Of a DNA stretch of 64,000 nt, positions 1 through 8,169 are shown in pieces. The position numbers and the translations under genes were made by a program. This stretch comes from Deltaproteobacteria bacterium (GTDB lineage Bacteria > Desulfobacterota > Dissulfuribacteria > Dissulfuribacterales > QOAL01). The stretch covers positions 24,223-88,222 of the forward strand of contig JALSNW010000031.1 of the NCBI GenBank assembly GCA_026986785.1, read 5' to 3'. The stretch's first letter is position 1. The number at the start of each line of letters is the position of its first letter. The notes below the pieces were generated by a model. The model saw only the letters and a program-made list of their open reading frames with translations. It ran no database searches and was not told the origin of the DNA.

Positions 1-266
1 AACGCCCCAGCCAGGAAGCCAACACCAATGACCGAGCCGGAACTGAATAGTACGCCACCAGGTTTATGGCTGAAGATGCCTATTCCATATAGGATCCATT
101 CTCCCCAATTCCTCACAGCACCAACAGCACCCCAAGGCCTCCACCATGCCATGATCAAGATACTAAGCAATGCAACTATTATACCTGATACAGTTGCATT
201 CCACTCGGTCTGGCATAGGATCTTGAAGAAATTTTTGATCTTTTCGTTCATTATGCTCTCGCTCAT
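1..266 (-). CDS. YeeE/YedE-family sulfur-compound (thiosulfate) transporter, N-terminal part; runs off the window
   Basis: Not in the ORF track. Manual translation of the minus strand from ATG 266 (GGAGG RBS about 9 nt upstream) gives MSESIMNEKIKNFFKILCQTEWNATVSGIIVALLSILIMAWWRPWGAVGAVRNWGEWILYGIG...VIGVGFLAGA. The hydrophobic helix followed by RPWG is typical of YeeE/YedE. Confidence 0.7.
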   Translation of the reverse strand, partial: MSESIMNEKIKNFFKILCQTEWNATVSGIIVALLSILIMAWWRPWGAVGAVRNWGEWILYGIGIFSHKPGGVLFSSGSVIGVGFLAGA

Positions 267-496
267 AAGGTGGTTCCTCCCCTCATGTCCGGTTACGGCT
301 TGAATGATCGGACTGCATAACCTAAGGATTGTTCATTGCATGAAGCAGATGATAAAGTTATTACTAATATGCAAATTGATTCGTGTGTACCAAAATTCAC
401 GCACTGTGTCAAGGTTTAGTTGAACGGCTATTCATTATTAATCCAGGCTGTTTATCGGCGTTGGCCTGGTACTCGGTAGGAAGGAGATATCCAGAA

Positions 497-3145
497 GTGA
501 TTATAAAAATCTTTTTTTTTAGTATCTTACTATTTTGTATTCCAATGATTTCTAAGTTTGGTTTCGCCCAAACTCAACCCCAAGGCCTGGTAAAAAAAAT
601 TTTTCCAAATGGACTTACTGCTGTTATCAAGGAGAGCCCTAGGGCCCCGGTTGTGGCAGTGCAGGTCTGGGTCAAGGCAGGCAGCGCTTATGAGAAGGAT
701 TCCCAGGCTGGCATAACGCATCTCATCGAACACATGATCTTCAAAGGGACCGAAAAGAGAAGGGCAGGGGAGCTTGCAAGGATAATAGAGTCCCTTGGGG
801 GCACCATAAATGCCTATACCTCTTATGATTACACTGTATATCACTGTGTCGTGCCCAGCACTTATCTCGCTACAGCGCTCGATGTCCTGGATGATGCGGT
901 TTTTCATTCCATCTTCGATCAGGGGGAGCTGGAAAGGGAAAAGAAGGTTGTCCTGGAAGAGATGCGCATGAGAGAGGACAGGCCCAAGGTGATGCTATAT
1001 GAAGATCTGATGAAGACCTCTTATTCCTCATATCCATATAGACGTCCCATCATCGGCTACGAGAACACGGTGATGTCTTTGACAAGGGAAGACATCCTCT
1101 CCTATATGGCAGAAAGATACAGGCCTTGCAATATTGCTGTGATAGTTGTTGGAGATGTTGATCCAGATAAGGCCGAGGACTTGATCGGTCAGTATTTTGG
1201 TAGGGAAAAACGTTCTTCCTGTACCCCTTTGGTCTTTCCTCAAGAGCCGAGACAGACCGAACCGCGATATAGTGTCAGGCCAATGGATTGCCAAGAGGGC
1301 TATCTTGCCATCTCTTTTTCTGGTTTACCATCCTTCAAGGATAGTGATGTGCCAGCCCTGGATCTGTTGTCTGCCTACCTGTCAGATGGAGAAAGTTCTT
1401 TGCTCGTGTCCATCTTGAAGAATAGGCTCCAGATAGTCCATTCAATCCATGCCTCGGCATTCACGCCGGAAGGTCCAGGGCTTTTTGAGATCACGGCAAA
1501 TATTGACCCAGACAAGACGAGACACGTGCTTGTTCAGACCCTGTCGGAACTGTTCAGGCTCAAGGAGACCGAGATCTCGCCAAAGGAGTTGAAAAGGGCG
1601 AAGACCCAGGTGTTGACCGATTTTCTATTCAGCCAGGAGACCATGGAAGGGGAGGCAAGAAAACTCGGTGTATTTCAAACCCTCGCAGGAGATGCCGCCA
1701 AGGAAAGAGATTATCTTGAAAAGATCAAACAGGTGACAGCATCCGATATAAAGGAGATCTGTCGGAAATATTTTGACCCCAATGCCGTAAATGTTGTCAT
1801 GGTAAGGCCTGAAAATGCCAGGATAGCCTTGGACCGGGCATTTGTTGCTGGTGCAATACAACAGGCATTGAGCGATGTCCATGGCCAGACAAACGGTGTG
1901 GCGACTGGTTCAGCCGCCAAGATAAAACGTTTTAGTCTTGCCAGCGGCGTCACGATCCTTGCCATGGAATCCCATGATCTTCCCACAGTAGCCGTCAAGG
2001 TGGTGTTCCCTGGTGGGCTGAGATACGAGACACCTGAGAACAATGGGATATTCAACCTCCTGGCAAAGGCCTGGAACAAGGGTACAACCCTACATAGCGC
2101 AGACGCCATCGCAGAGATCACCGATGGCATGGGGGCCACGATTTCAGGTTTTTCAGGTCAGAACTCCTTTGGGATCCAGGGGAGATTTACCAGCGAGACC
2201 TTTAGAAAAGGCCTGGGCCTGTTGGTGGAGATCCTCCTATCCCCCACTTTCCCTCAAAAAGAGGTGGAAAAGCTAAAGCCCTTGATACTGGCCCAGATCA
2301 GGCAGCAGGACGATTATCTCCCTGGTGTGGCCGTTCGGGAATTCAGAAAGCTGCTCTTTTCTCCCCATCCTTATGGAATGAATATATTGGGCAGGCCAGA
2401 GACGGTGATCAAGCTGGATTCCGAGGACCTGAAGCAGATTTACAGGTCTTATGTAGTGCCGGATCGGGCAATCATCTCGGTGGTTGGCGACATTGATGCG
2501 GAAAATCTTAGACAGGAACTCGATATCTTGTTGAGATCCTGGCAGAATGAATCAAGCCTCTTTCTGCCCACGCCCCCAGATCCAGAGCCACTTTCATCTC
2601 CAAGGATTGTGTCCATCCATAGGGAGAGGCAACAGGAGCACATAGTTCTTGGATTTATGGGCCCGGGCCTTACGAGTCAGGACCGTTTCCCACTCGAGGT
2701 CTTGAATGCCATCCTTTCTGGCCAGGGTGGTAGGTTGTTTACGGATCTACGGGATCAGAAGGGCCTGGCCTATTCTGTGACCTCTTTCACTGGTTTCGGG
2801 ATCGATTATGGATCCATTGCCTGTTATATAGCATGTGAGCCCCAAAAGAAGAACGATGCAGAGAAGGGATTGTGGAGTGAGATCTATAGGGCCCAAAAGG
2901 AGGCCCCTCTTGCCGGGGAAATAGATAGGGCCAAGAACTGGCTGATAGGACGCTATCAGATCTCCCTACAGACCCCTGGTGCAAAGGCCATGGACATGGC
3001 ACTCAACGAACTCTATGGCCTGGGGTATGATTTCTCCGATAGATATCCAGAAAAGATCAGAAAGGTTACTGCCAGACAGGTACAGGAAATGGCAAAGAAG
3101 TATTTCAGCTCCCAGGCATATGTGTTAGTTACAGTGGGTCCTTAG
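497..3145 (+). CDS. M16 family zinc protease (pitrilysin/insulinase-like), probably exported
   Basis: Inverted zinc motif HLIEH, NAYTS motif and a two-half M16 architecture. GTG 497 follows an AAGGAG RBS and gives a signal-peptide-like N-terminus (ORF track start 383). Confidence 0.9.
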   Translation: MIIKIFFFSILLFCIPMISKFGFAQTQPQGLVKKIFPNGLTAVIKESPRAPVVAVQVWVKAGSAYEKDSQAGITHLIEHMIFKGTEKRRAGELARIIESLGGTINAYTSYDYTVYHCVVPSTYLATALDVLDDAVFHSIFDQGELEREKKVVLEEMRMREDRPKVMLYEDLMKTSYSSYPYRRPIIGYENTVMSLTREDILSYMAERYRPCNIAVIVVGDVDPDKAEDLIGQYFGREKRSSCTPLVFPQEPRQTEPRYSVRPMDCQEGYLAISFSGLPSFKDSDVPALDLLSAYLSDGESSLLVSILKNRLQIVHSIHASAFTPEGPGLFEITANIDPDKTRHVLVQTLSELFRLKETEISPKELKRAKTQVLTDFLFSQETMEGEARKLGVFQTLAGDAAKERDYLEKIKQVTASDIKEICRKYFDPNAVNVVMVRPENARIALDRAFVAGAIQQALSDVHGQTNGVATGSAAKIKRFSLASGVTILAMESHDLPTVAVKVVFPGGLRYETPENNGIFNLLAKAWNKGTTLHSADAIAEITDGMGATISGFSGQNSFGIQGRFTSETFRKGLGLLVEILLSPTFPQKEVEKLKPLILAQIRQQDDYLPGVAVREFRKLLFSPHPYGMNILGRPETVIKLDSEDLKQIYRSYVVPDRAIISVVGDIDAENLRQELDILLRSWQNESSLFLPTPPDPEPLSSPRIVSIHRERQQEHIVLGFMGPGLTSQDRFPLEVLNAILSGQGGRLFTDLRDQKGLAYSVTSFTGFGIDYGSIACYIACEPQKKNDAEKGLWSEIYRAQKEAPLAGEIDRAKNWLIGRYQISLQTPGAKAMDMALNELYGLGYDFSDRYPEKIRKVTARQVQEMAKKYFSSQAYVLVTVGP

Positions 3146-4000
3146 ATGATCAAGAGAATATGCCTCGTTGTCAAACATAGAGATCAGAGGCCAGCGGTAG
3201 CGGCCCGCAAGATTGAAGAGCACCTCAGGGCAAGAGGTGTAGAAGTCCATCCTGGACCAGTGGAGGAAAGGGATGAGGCCATAGTAGTCATCGGTGGGGA
3301 TGGTACGCTTCTGCATGTGGCAGGGCAGGCATTTGTTGCCGAAATCCCTGTGCTCGGCATCAATGCCGGCGGTTTGGGTTTCTTGACAGAGGTGCATCTC
3401 GATGAAATGTTGGAGGCCTTGGATGCCCTTGTGGAAGGCACTTTCACCCTGGACAGGCGTATGGTTCTGGGTGTGAAGGTCAGGGGTGTCTCCTCTCAGG
3501 TTAAAAGAGAATATCTTGCATTGAACGAGGCTGTGATTACTAAAGGCGCCCTCTCCAAGATCATCCAGATAAACTCCTGGGTAAATGATACCTTTCTTAC
3601 CGTTTATAGAGGAGACGGACTGATAATCTCCACTGCTACTGGTTCTACTGGTTACAATCTTTCCGCTGGTGGGCCGATCATGTACCCAAGTCTCGAGGCC
3701 ATAGTGTTGACCCCTATCTGCCCTTTTGCCCTGAGCTCCAGGCCCTTGATACTGCCAGGCAATTCTCTCATACGGATTCAGGTCGAGGACACAGCGGAAG
3801 AGGTGTGTCTGGATGTGGATGGTCAGTCTGGGCTTCGGTTGGAACGGGGGGATGTTATTGAAATACAGAGGATGCCAGGATATCTAAAACTTATCAAATC
3901 TCCCCACAGGGACTATTTTACTATCCTCAGGGAAAAATTGGGCTGGACAAGGGGGATGAGCTATCCAGATCAAGCGAAGTCCCTCTCTAAGGGCCCCTGA
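3146..4000 (+). CDS. nadK: NAD(+) kinase
   Basis: GGDGT, GLGFL, NE, GDGLIIST and GSTGYNLSAGGP motifs. Confidence 0.95.
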   Translation: MIKRICLVVKHRDQRPAVAARKIEEHLRARGVEVHPGPVEERDEAIVVIGGDGTLLHVAGQAFVAEIPVLGINAGGLGFLTEVHLDEMLEALDALVEGTFTLDRRMVLGVKVRGVSSQVKREYLALNEAVITKGALSKIIQINSWVNDTFLTVYRGDGLIISTATGSTGYNLSAGGPIMYPSLEAIVLTPICPFALSSRPLILPGNSLIRIQVEDTAEEVCLDVDGQSGLRLERGDVIEIQRMPGYLKLIKSPHRDYFTILREKLGWTRGMSYPDQAKSLSKGP

Positions 4001-4020
4001 CTCACCTGGAGCCAGGGGCT
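3992..4020. terminator. Hairpin between convergent genes
   Basis: GCCCCTG...CAGGGGC inverted repeat at the nadK stop. There is no clear U-tract. Confidence 0.35.
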
Positions 4021-4036
4021 CGGTGGTGCGATTTTA

Positions 4037-4369
4037 TCAGGCCTCGCCTTCTTCCTTCTTTATCTTGGCCATGAGACGTTCCTTTTCCCGTTCCATGGCC
4101 TCTTTTCCTGCCTCCAATGCCGTTTCCAGCACGGTCTTCTTGGTTTCGACTACCTCCTTGCTTTTCTCCAGGAGTTCAACAGCCTTTTCTTTGACTTCAT
4201 CGGCTACCTTGAGGGCCTCGTCTCTGGCAGCAGAGGCCTGATCCTTTATGAGTTCTCTTGCCTCAGGGCCGGATTTTGGCGTGACAAGCAGTGCCAGACC
4301 CGCTCCGACTGCGCCACCCAGCAAAAATGCCAGTGCTACGCTTCCAGCAGAGTAACGACCATCATTCAT
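4037..4369 (-). CDS. YtxH domain-containing protein
   Basis: FLLGGAVGAGLALLVTPKSG signature plus a coiled-coil tail. An AGGAGG RBS precedes ATG 4369. Confidence 0.85.
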   Translation of the reverse strand: MNDGRYSAGSVALAFLLGGAVGAGLALLVTPKSGPEARELIKDQASAARDEALKVADEVKEKAVELLEKSKEVVETKKTVLETALEAGKEAMEREKERLMAKIKKEEGEA

Positions 4370-5000
4370 TTGAGTCACCTCCTTTGGTATGGGTGTCCTT
4401 GGTGTTTATGTTTTGGGTGAGATATTCCAATGACCTGCGAGCCCCGACTGCCATACTGGCAAGTTGAATCGCAAGTCCAGTAAGCCCGCCTCTTACTATG
4501 CCTGTGGCCATTTTTACAGTTTGGCCAGCCTCGTTGACTGCCTCGAACAGGTTGTCTGTTGCCCTTATCTTGTCCTGGATATCCTCGGTGATCTCTTTTG
4601 CCCCTGTTACGAGCTCCTTTGTCTCCACGAGGATTGGAGGCACTTCATTTTCAAGCCTTTTCTCCAAGACCTTTTCGAGCTCTTGATAGGATGTTGCAGT
4701 TTGGGATATCACATCCATGAGTCTGGAGGCATCCATCTGGAGATTTTCCACATGGGAACTCGTATCCAAGATGGTCTCCCTTACACTTTCTTCAAGCTCC
4801 CTAATACCTTGTACAGCAGGCCTGATCTCTTTCAGCAGTCTGTTTATGGAGTCAACGCTGGAATTTAATCTATTCAATGTGCGGAGTATCCCCCTTACGA
4901 GTAAAGCAAAGAGAGACAAAAAAATCCCCAGTGCCAATGCGATCAACATGAAGTAAAGCTGATCTGTCGTCATATTGTTTAACAGATTTTGTAGGGGCAC
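4362..5000 (-). CDS. DUF948/YoxC-like membrane-anchored coiled-coil protein
   Basis: N-terminal TM helix and long heptad region. It overlaps ytxH, which is a common gene pair. Confidence 0.65.
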   Translation of the reverse strand: MPLQNLLNNMTTDQLYFMLIALALGIFLSLFALLVRGILRTLNRLNSSVDSINRLLKEIRPAVQGIRELEESVRETILDTSSHVENLQMDASRLMDVISQTATSYQELEKVLEKRLENEVPPILVETKELVTGAKEITEDIQDKIRATDNLFEAVNEAGQTVKMATGIVRGGLTGLAIQLASMAVGARRSLEYLTQNINTKDTHTKGGDSNE

Positions 5001-5405
5001 GATCTCCTCCGCTTCTTGTTTCTAAATTGATATCTGTTTATACCAGACAATAAGCAGGCGGTCTCTGATTTTCAACTTAATTGGCCCTTTTACGAATCAG
5101 GAAAGATATCCAGCCATACAATGAGACATGAACCGATTGGATGGGCATTTTAGTAGCTGCCATCATCAAAAAATGTGAAACTGCTGATTTTTTTATTTCT
5201 GTTAGATTTTTTACCATGATTATTATGTCGTTTTTGACAAATAGAAATTGAAAATAGCAACAGGTTATATTATTAATGATTTTTATCACTATCATTCATT
5301 TTGTTTCATGCTTATTTGTTTTTTTAAGAGATCTCCGGAACGGTCCTCAAGAGGCATCGAACATCAATGTGCAACTGAAGAGTTTTCTAAAAGGGGGGAA
5401 AGAAA

Positions 5406-5894
5406 ATGAAAAATTTAGTGGTTTATTCTTCCAAAACCGGTAACACAAAGAAACTGGCCGAGGCCATCTATGAACACATTCCTGAAGAAAAAGAGATAAA
5501 ACCTGTCTCCGAAGCCCCTGATCCCGAAGGATATACCTTTATTGCTGCAGGCTTCAGGATTGAAAATGGGGAACCTGACAAGGAAATACAGGAATACCTG
5601 AAGAAGATATTGGAAGATTGTCAGGTGTTTTTGTTTGCAACCCATGCATCGGAAAGGGGATCTGAAGTCGTAAAAAATGCAATGAAAACAGCGAGAGAGC
5701 TTGTCAAAAGGGCCAGGGTTGTAGGAGAATTCGATTGCCTGGGAGAGGTCCCAGAGGATAAACTTCAAGAGGCCAGAGGGCAATCTCCACTGCCCGAGTG
5801 GGTCAAGGATGCAGAAAAGGCAAAAGGTCATCCCAATGAAGAGGATATAAGGGAGTTGTTGAAGCTTTTGGATAGCCTGGATCTGCCTTGGTAG
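5406..5894 (+). CDS. Flavodoxin family protein
   Basis: VVYSSKTGNTKKLA FMN-phosphate loop and C-terminal GHP. Confidence 0.85.
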   Translation: MKNLVVYSSKTGNTKKLAEAIYEHIPEEKEIKPVSEAPDPEGYTFIAAGFRIENGEPDKEIQEYLKKILEDCQVFLFATHASERGSEVVKNAMKTARELVKRARVVGEFDCLGEVPEDKLQEARGQSPLPEWVKDAEKAKGHPNEEDIRELLKLLDSLDLPW

Positions 5895-5921
5895 TAGGCG
5901 TCGTTGATTCTTTCGCAGTGG

Positions 5922-5953
5922 GGCCTTCTCCATTAGAGATATAGGAGAGGGCC
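5922..5953 (+). terminator. Putative terminator hairpin
   Basis: GGCCTTCTCC...GGAGAGGGCC just downstream of the flavodoxin stop. Confidence 0.4.
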
Positions 5954-5959
5954 GTTCAT

Positions 5960-6195
5960 CCCAGATTACGTACTTCCCGTGCCTGAAAAACAAAACAATT
6001 CCTTTGAACCCAGATTATGCACTCCAAATGCCTGAGTAAAGATTTTTTACAAAAAATCAGGTAGTTATCTACATTTTTTCCAGATAGATACGTTCACCCA
6101 AAAGCGAGAGAACCTATCCGTGACAAGTCCCCTGGTGATTGACACCATGAGGGGCTGACAATCGTGCCGAATCCACCTTGTTGTCGGACAGTAGG
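5960..6195 (+). repeat. Dispersed MITE-like element (two terminal units at 5960 and 6009, plus body)
   Basis: CCCAGATTACGTACTTCCCGTGCCTGA (5960) and CCCAGATTATGCACTCCAAATGCCTGA (6009). Body segments CCCAAAAGCGA..TCCGTGACAAGTCCCC and GTGCCGAATCCACCTTGTTGTCGGACAG align with the 29.8, 32.3 and 52.45 kb copies. Confidence 0.75.
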
Positions 6196-6391
6196 GAAAA
6201 GGCCAGTTATATCGCTATCCAAATAGTTCTTATTGCAACTAATAAATACGAAAATGTTGCTATATGTATTGTTTGCCTGTGCCTCTATAATCAACATCAT
6301 ACCCAAGAAATGTCTTGTATAGTCTAAGTGATCCCATAGCAAAGTGAAAAATATATCAAAATAAAAATAACAATAACATGGTTAAGTATTC

Positions 6392-6419
6392 TTGAGCGAA
6401 TTGAAAAAAAGTGTATAGT
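6392..6419 (+). promoter_or_regulatory. Putative sigma70 promoter for cmk
   Basis: TTGAGC-N16-TATAGT with a TG extension. Confidence 0.35.
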
Positions 6420-6525
6420 TTGGTCGCATTGTATTTGTTTGATGTGTCCTTTTTCACTTATTCTCTCTAAAAAAGGGGCTTAATGGGGTTCGTATCGATT
6501 GTGATGAAAAAGGTGGGGAATAGCT

Positions 6526-7182
6526 GTGATTATCACTATTGACGGGCCGGCAGGTGCAGGTAAGAGCTCGGTGAGTAAGGAGTTGGCCAGGAGGTTGGCT
6601 CTGACATATTTGGACAGTGGTGCCATGTATCGCGCCCTGGCACTTTATATGTTGGAAAAAGGTGTCGATATAGACGATGAGGCAGCAGTGACGGAACACC
6701 TGGACCATGTGAAGATAGGCTTTAAAAATGGCTCTATCTATCTTGGTTCCAGGGACGTTTCAGATCTCATACGCACGCCTGAGATAGATGTGGCATCTTC
6801 AGCCGTCTCCAGGATCCCTGCTGTTAGAAAGTATCTTACCCAGCTCCAGAAAGAGATCGGGAGAAAGGGCAATATTGTGGCAGAGGGAAGAGATATGGGT
6901 ACCGTTGTCTTTCCCGAGGCGGATTTTAAGTTTTTTTTGACTGCCTCACCAGAGGAAAGGGCCAAAAGGAGAATGGCCCAGTTGGAGAGCAGGAAGAAAA
7001 ATATAGTAAAGCATGAAATTATATTGCAGCAAATTAAAAAACGTGATAAAGCTGATACCAATAGGGCTATTGCGCCCTTAAGGCCGGCCAATGATGCTAT
7101 TGTTATAGATTCCACAAATCTATCCTTTCAAGAAGTGGTAGAGAAGATCATTGATATAATACATGAAGGGAAAAAGAGGTAA
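6526..7182 (+). CDS. cmk: Cytidylate kinase
   Basis: IDGPAGAGKS P-loop, DSGAMYR and EGRDMGTVVFP motifs. Confidence 0.97.
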   Translation: MIITIDGPAGAGKSSVSKELARRLALTYLDSGAMYRALALYMLEKGVDIDDEAAVTEHLDHVKIGFKNGSIYLGSRDVSDLIRTPEIDVASSAVSRIPAVRKYLTQLQKEIGRKGNIVAEGRDMGTVVFPEADFKFFLTASPEERAKRRMAQLESRKKNIVKHEIILQQIKKRDKADTNRAIAPLRPANDAIVIDSTNLSFQEVVEKIIDIIHEGKKR

Positions 7183-7186
7183 AAAA

Positions 7187-7666
7187 GTGACGAAGATGAA
7201 ACCCAGTAAAGAAGAATTCACCTTTAGTGTGGACAACTGCCTTGGTTTTATTGCAAATAGGTTGGTTAAGTCCTTTCTAAAGGTATTAGATCACAAATTG
7301 ACGGATTTCAACCTGACAGGGGCCCAGTTCTGTGTCCTGACAAAATTGTTCGAAGAAGAAGGGCTCACCCAGACGCAGCTTGCCCAGAGACTATATATCG
7401 AGAGCCCCACCCTGGTCAGGACCTTGGACAGGTTGGAAGAGGCAAATCTGATAGAAAGACGCAGGGTTCCTGAAGATCGTCGAGCCTTCCATATCTTTCT
7501 GACGGATAAGGGTCGGTCCTTGGAAGATCTTCTCATGGAGAAAGGTCGGGAAGTCCATGAGATCGCTGTACAGGGTATGACCAAGGATGACGTTCAACAA
7601 CTGAAAGACATGTTGTTTCTCTTGTGGCATAACTTGGAAGAAGGGGCAGAGGAGTTGGCCAAATAA
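7187..7666 (+). CDS. MarR family transcriptional regulator
   Basis: LTQTQLA...LVRTLDRLE...DRR winged-helix pattern. Confidence 0.92.
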   Translation: MTKMKPSKEEFTFSVDNCLGFIANRLVKSFLKVLDHKLTDFNLTGAQFCVLTKLFEEEGLTQTQLAQRLYIESPTLVRTLDRLEEANLIERRRVPEDRRAFHIFLTDKGRSLEDLLMEKGREVHEIAVQGMTKDDVQQLKDMLFLLWHNLEEGAEELAK

Positions 7667-7672
7667 TTCAGA

Positions 7673-8065
7673 GTGAAGCTATCGAAAGCAAATACCATTT
7701 GTCCCTTCCTGATCCTGTGTTTTTTATTGCCGGCCCTTCAAGCCTGCTCTCAAAAAGCAGTGATAGTCACGGCAGATCCAGATATAATAAAAGGATGCGA
7801 TGGCTCTTTTGCCCTATTGGGCAGTCAGAGCAACTCGGCCAGAGGTCTTCTTTTGAGACTCTGCACCCGGGATCTTTCTGGTATCCTGGAGATGTCAGGG
7901 TTGGATCCAGGGGAAAAGGGGGAAATCCAAAGACTTCTCTGTACTTCTTCTGGTAGTCCAGAAAAATTTAAAAAATTTTTTTCACAACTCACCCCAAGGC
8001 AAAGATCGGCCCTGACAAGGGCATTCGAGTTCTTTGGTTATGAGATAAACGGGTACGGATGTTGA
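7673..8065 (+). CDS. Hypothetical Cys-containing lipoprotein
   Basis: Signal peptide with an LQAC lipobox-like motif, 6 nt after marR. Confidence 0.55.
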   Translation: MKLSKANTICPFLILCFLLPALQACSQKAVIVTADPDIIKGCDGSFALLGSQSNSARGLLLRLCTRDLSGILEMSGLDPGEKGEIQRLLCTSSGSPEKFKKFFSQLTPRQRSALTRAFEFFGYEINGYGC

Positions 8066-8169
8066 TGGTTGAGCCTCGTTTTGTCGATGAACCTCTTGAG
8101 GCCCTCGTGCCGAATGTGGAGCTGAATCAGGTTGCAGCTGGTCCAAGGGAAGCTATGCAATCCAGATGA

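Noticed and set aside
28-303. 91-aa plus-strand ORF
   Set aside because: It is the shadow of the minus-strand YeeE-like gene, which has an RBS and family motifs.
5077-5295. Short ORFs in AT-rich intergenic DNA (also 6094-6342 and 22885-23238)
   Set aside because: They have atypical starts and composition, no motifs, and they overlap promoter or repeat regions.
5960-6035. Two 27-bp direct repeats 49 bp apart resembling a mini-CRISPR
   Set aside because: There are only two divergent units and no cas genes, and the same unit is dispersed across the window in both orientations.
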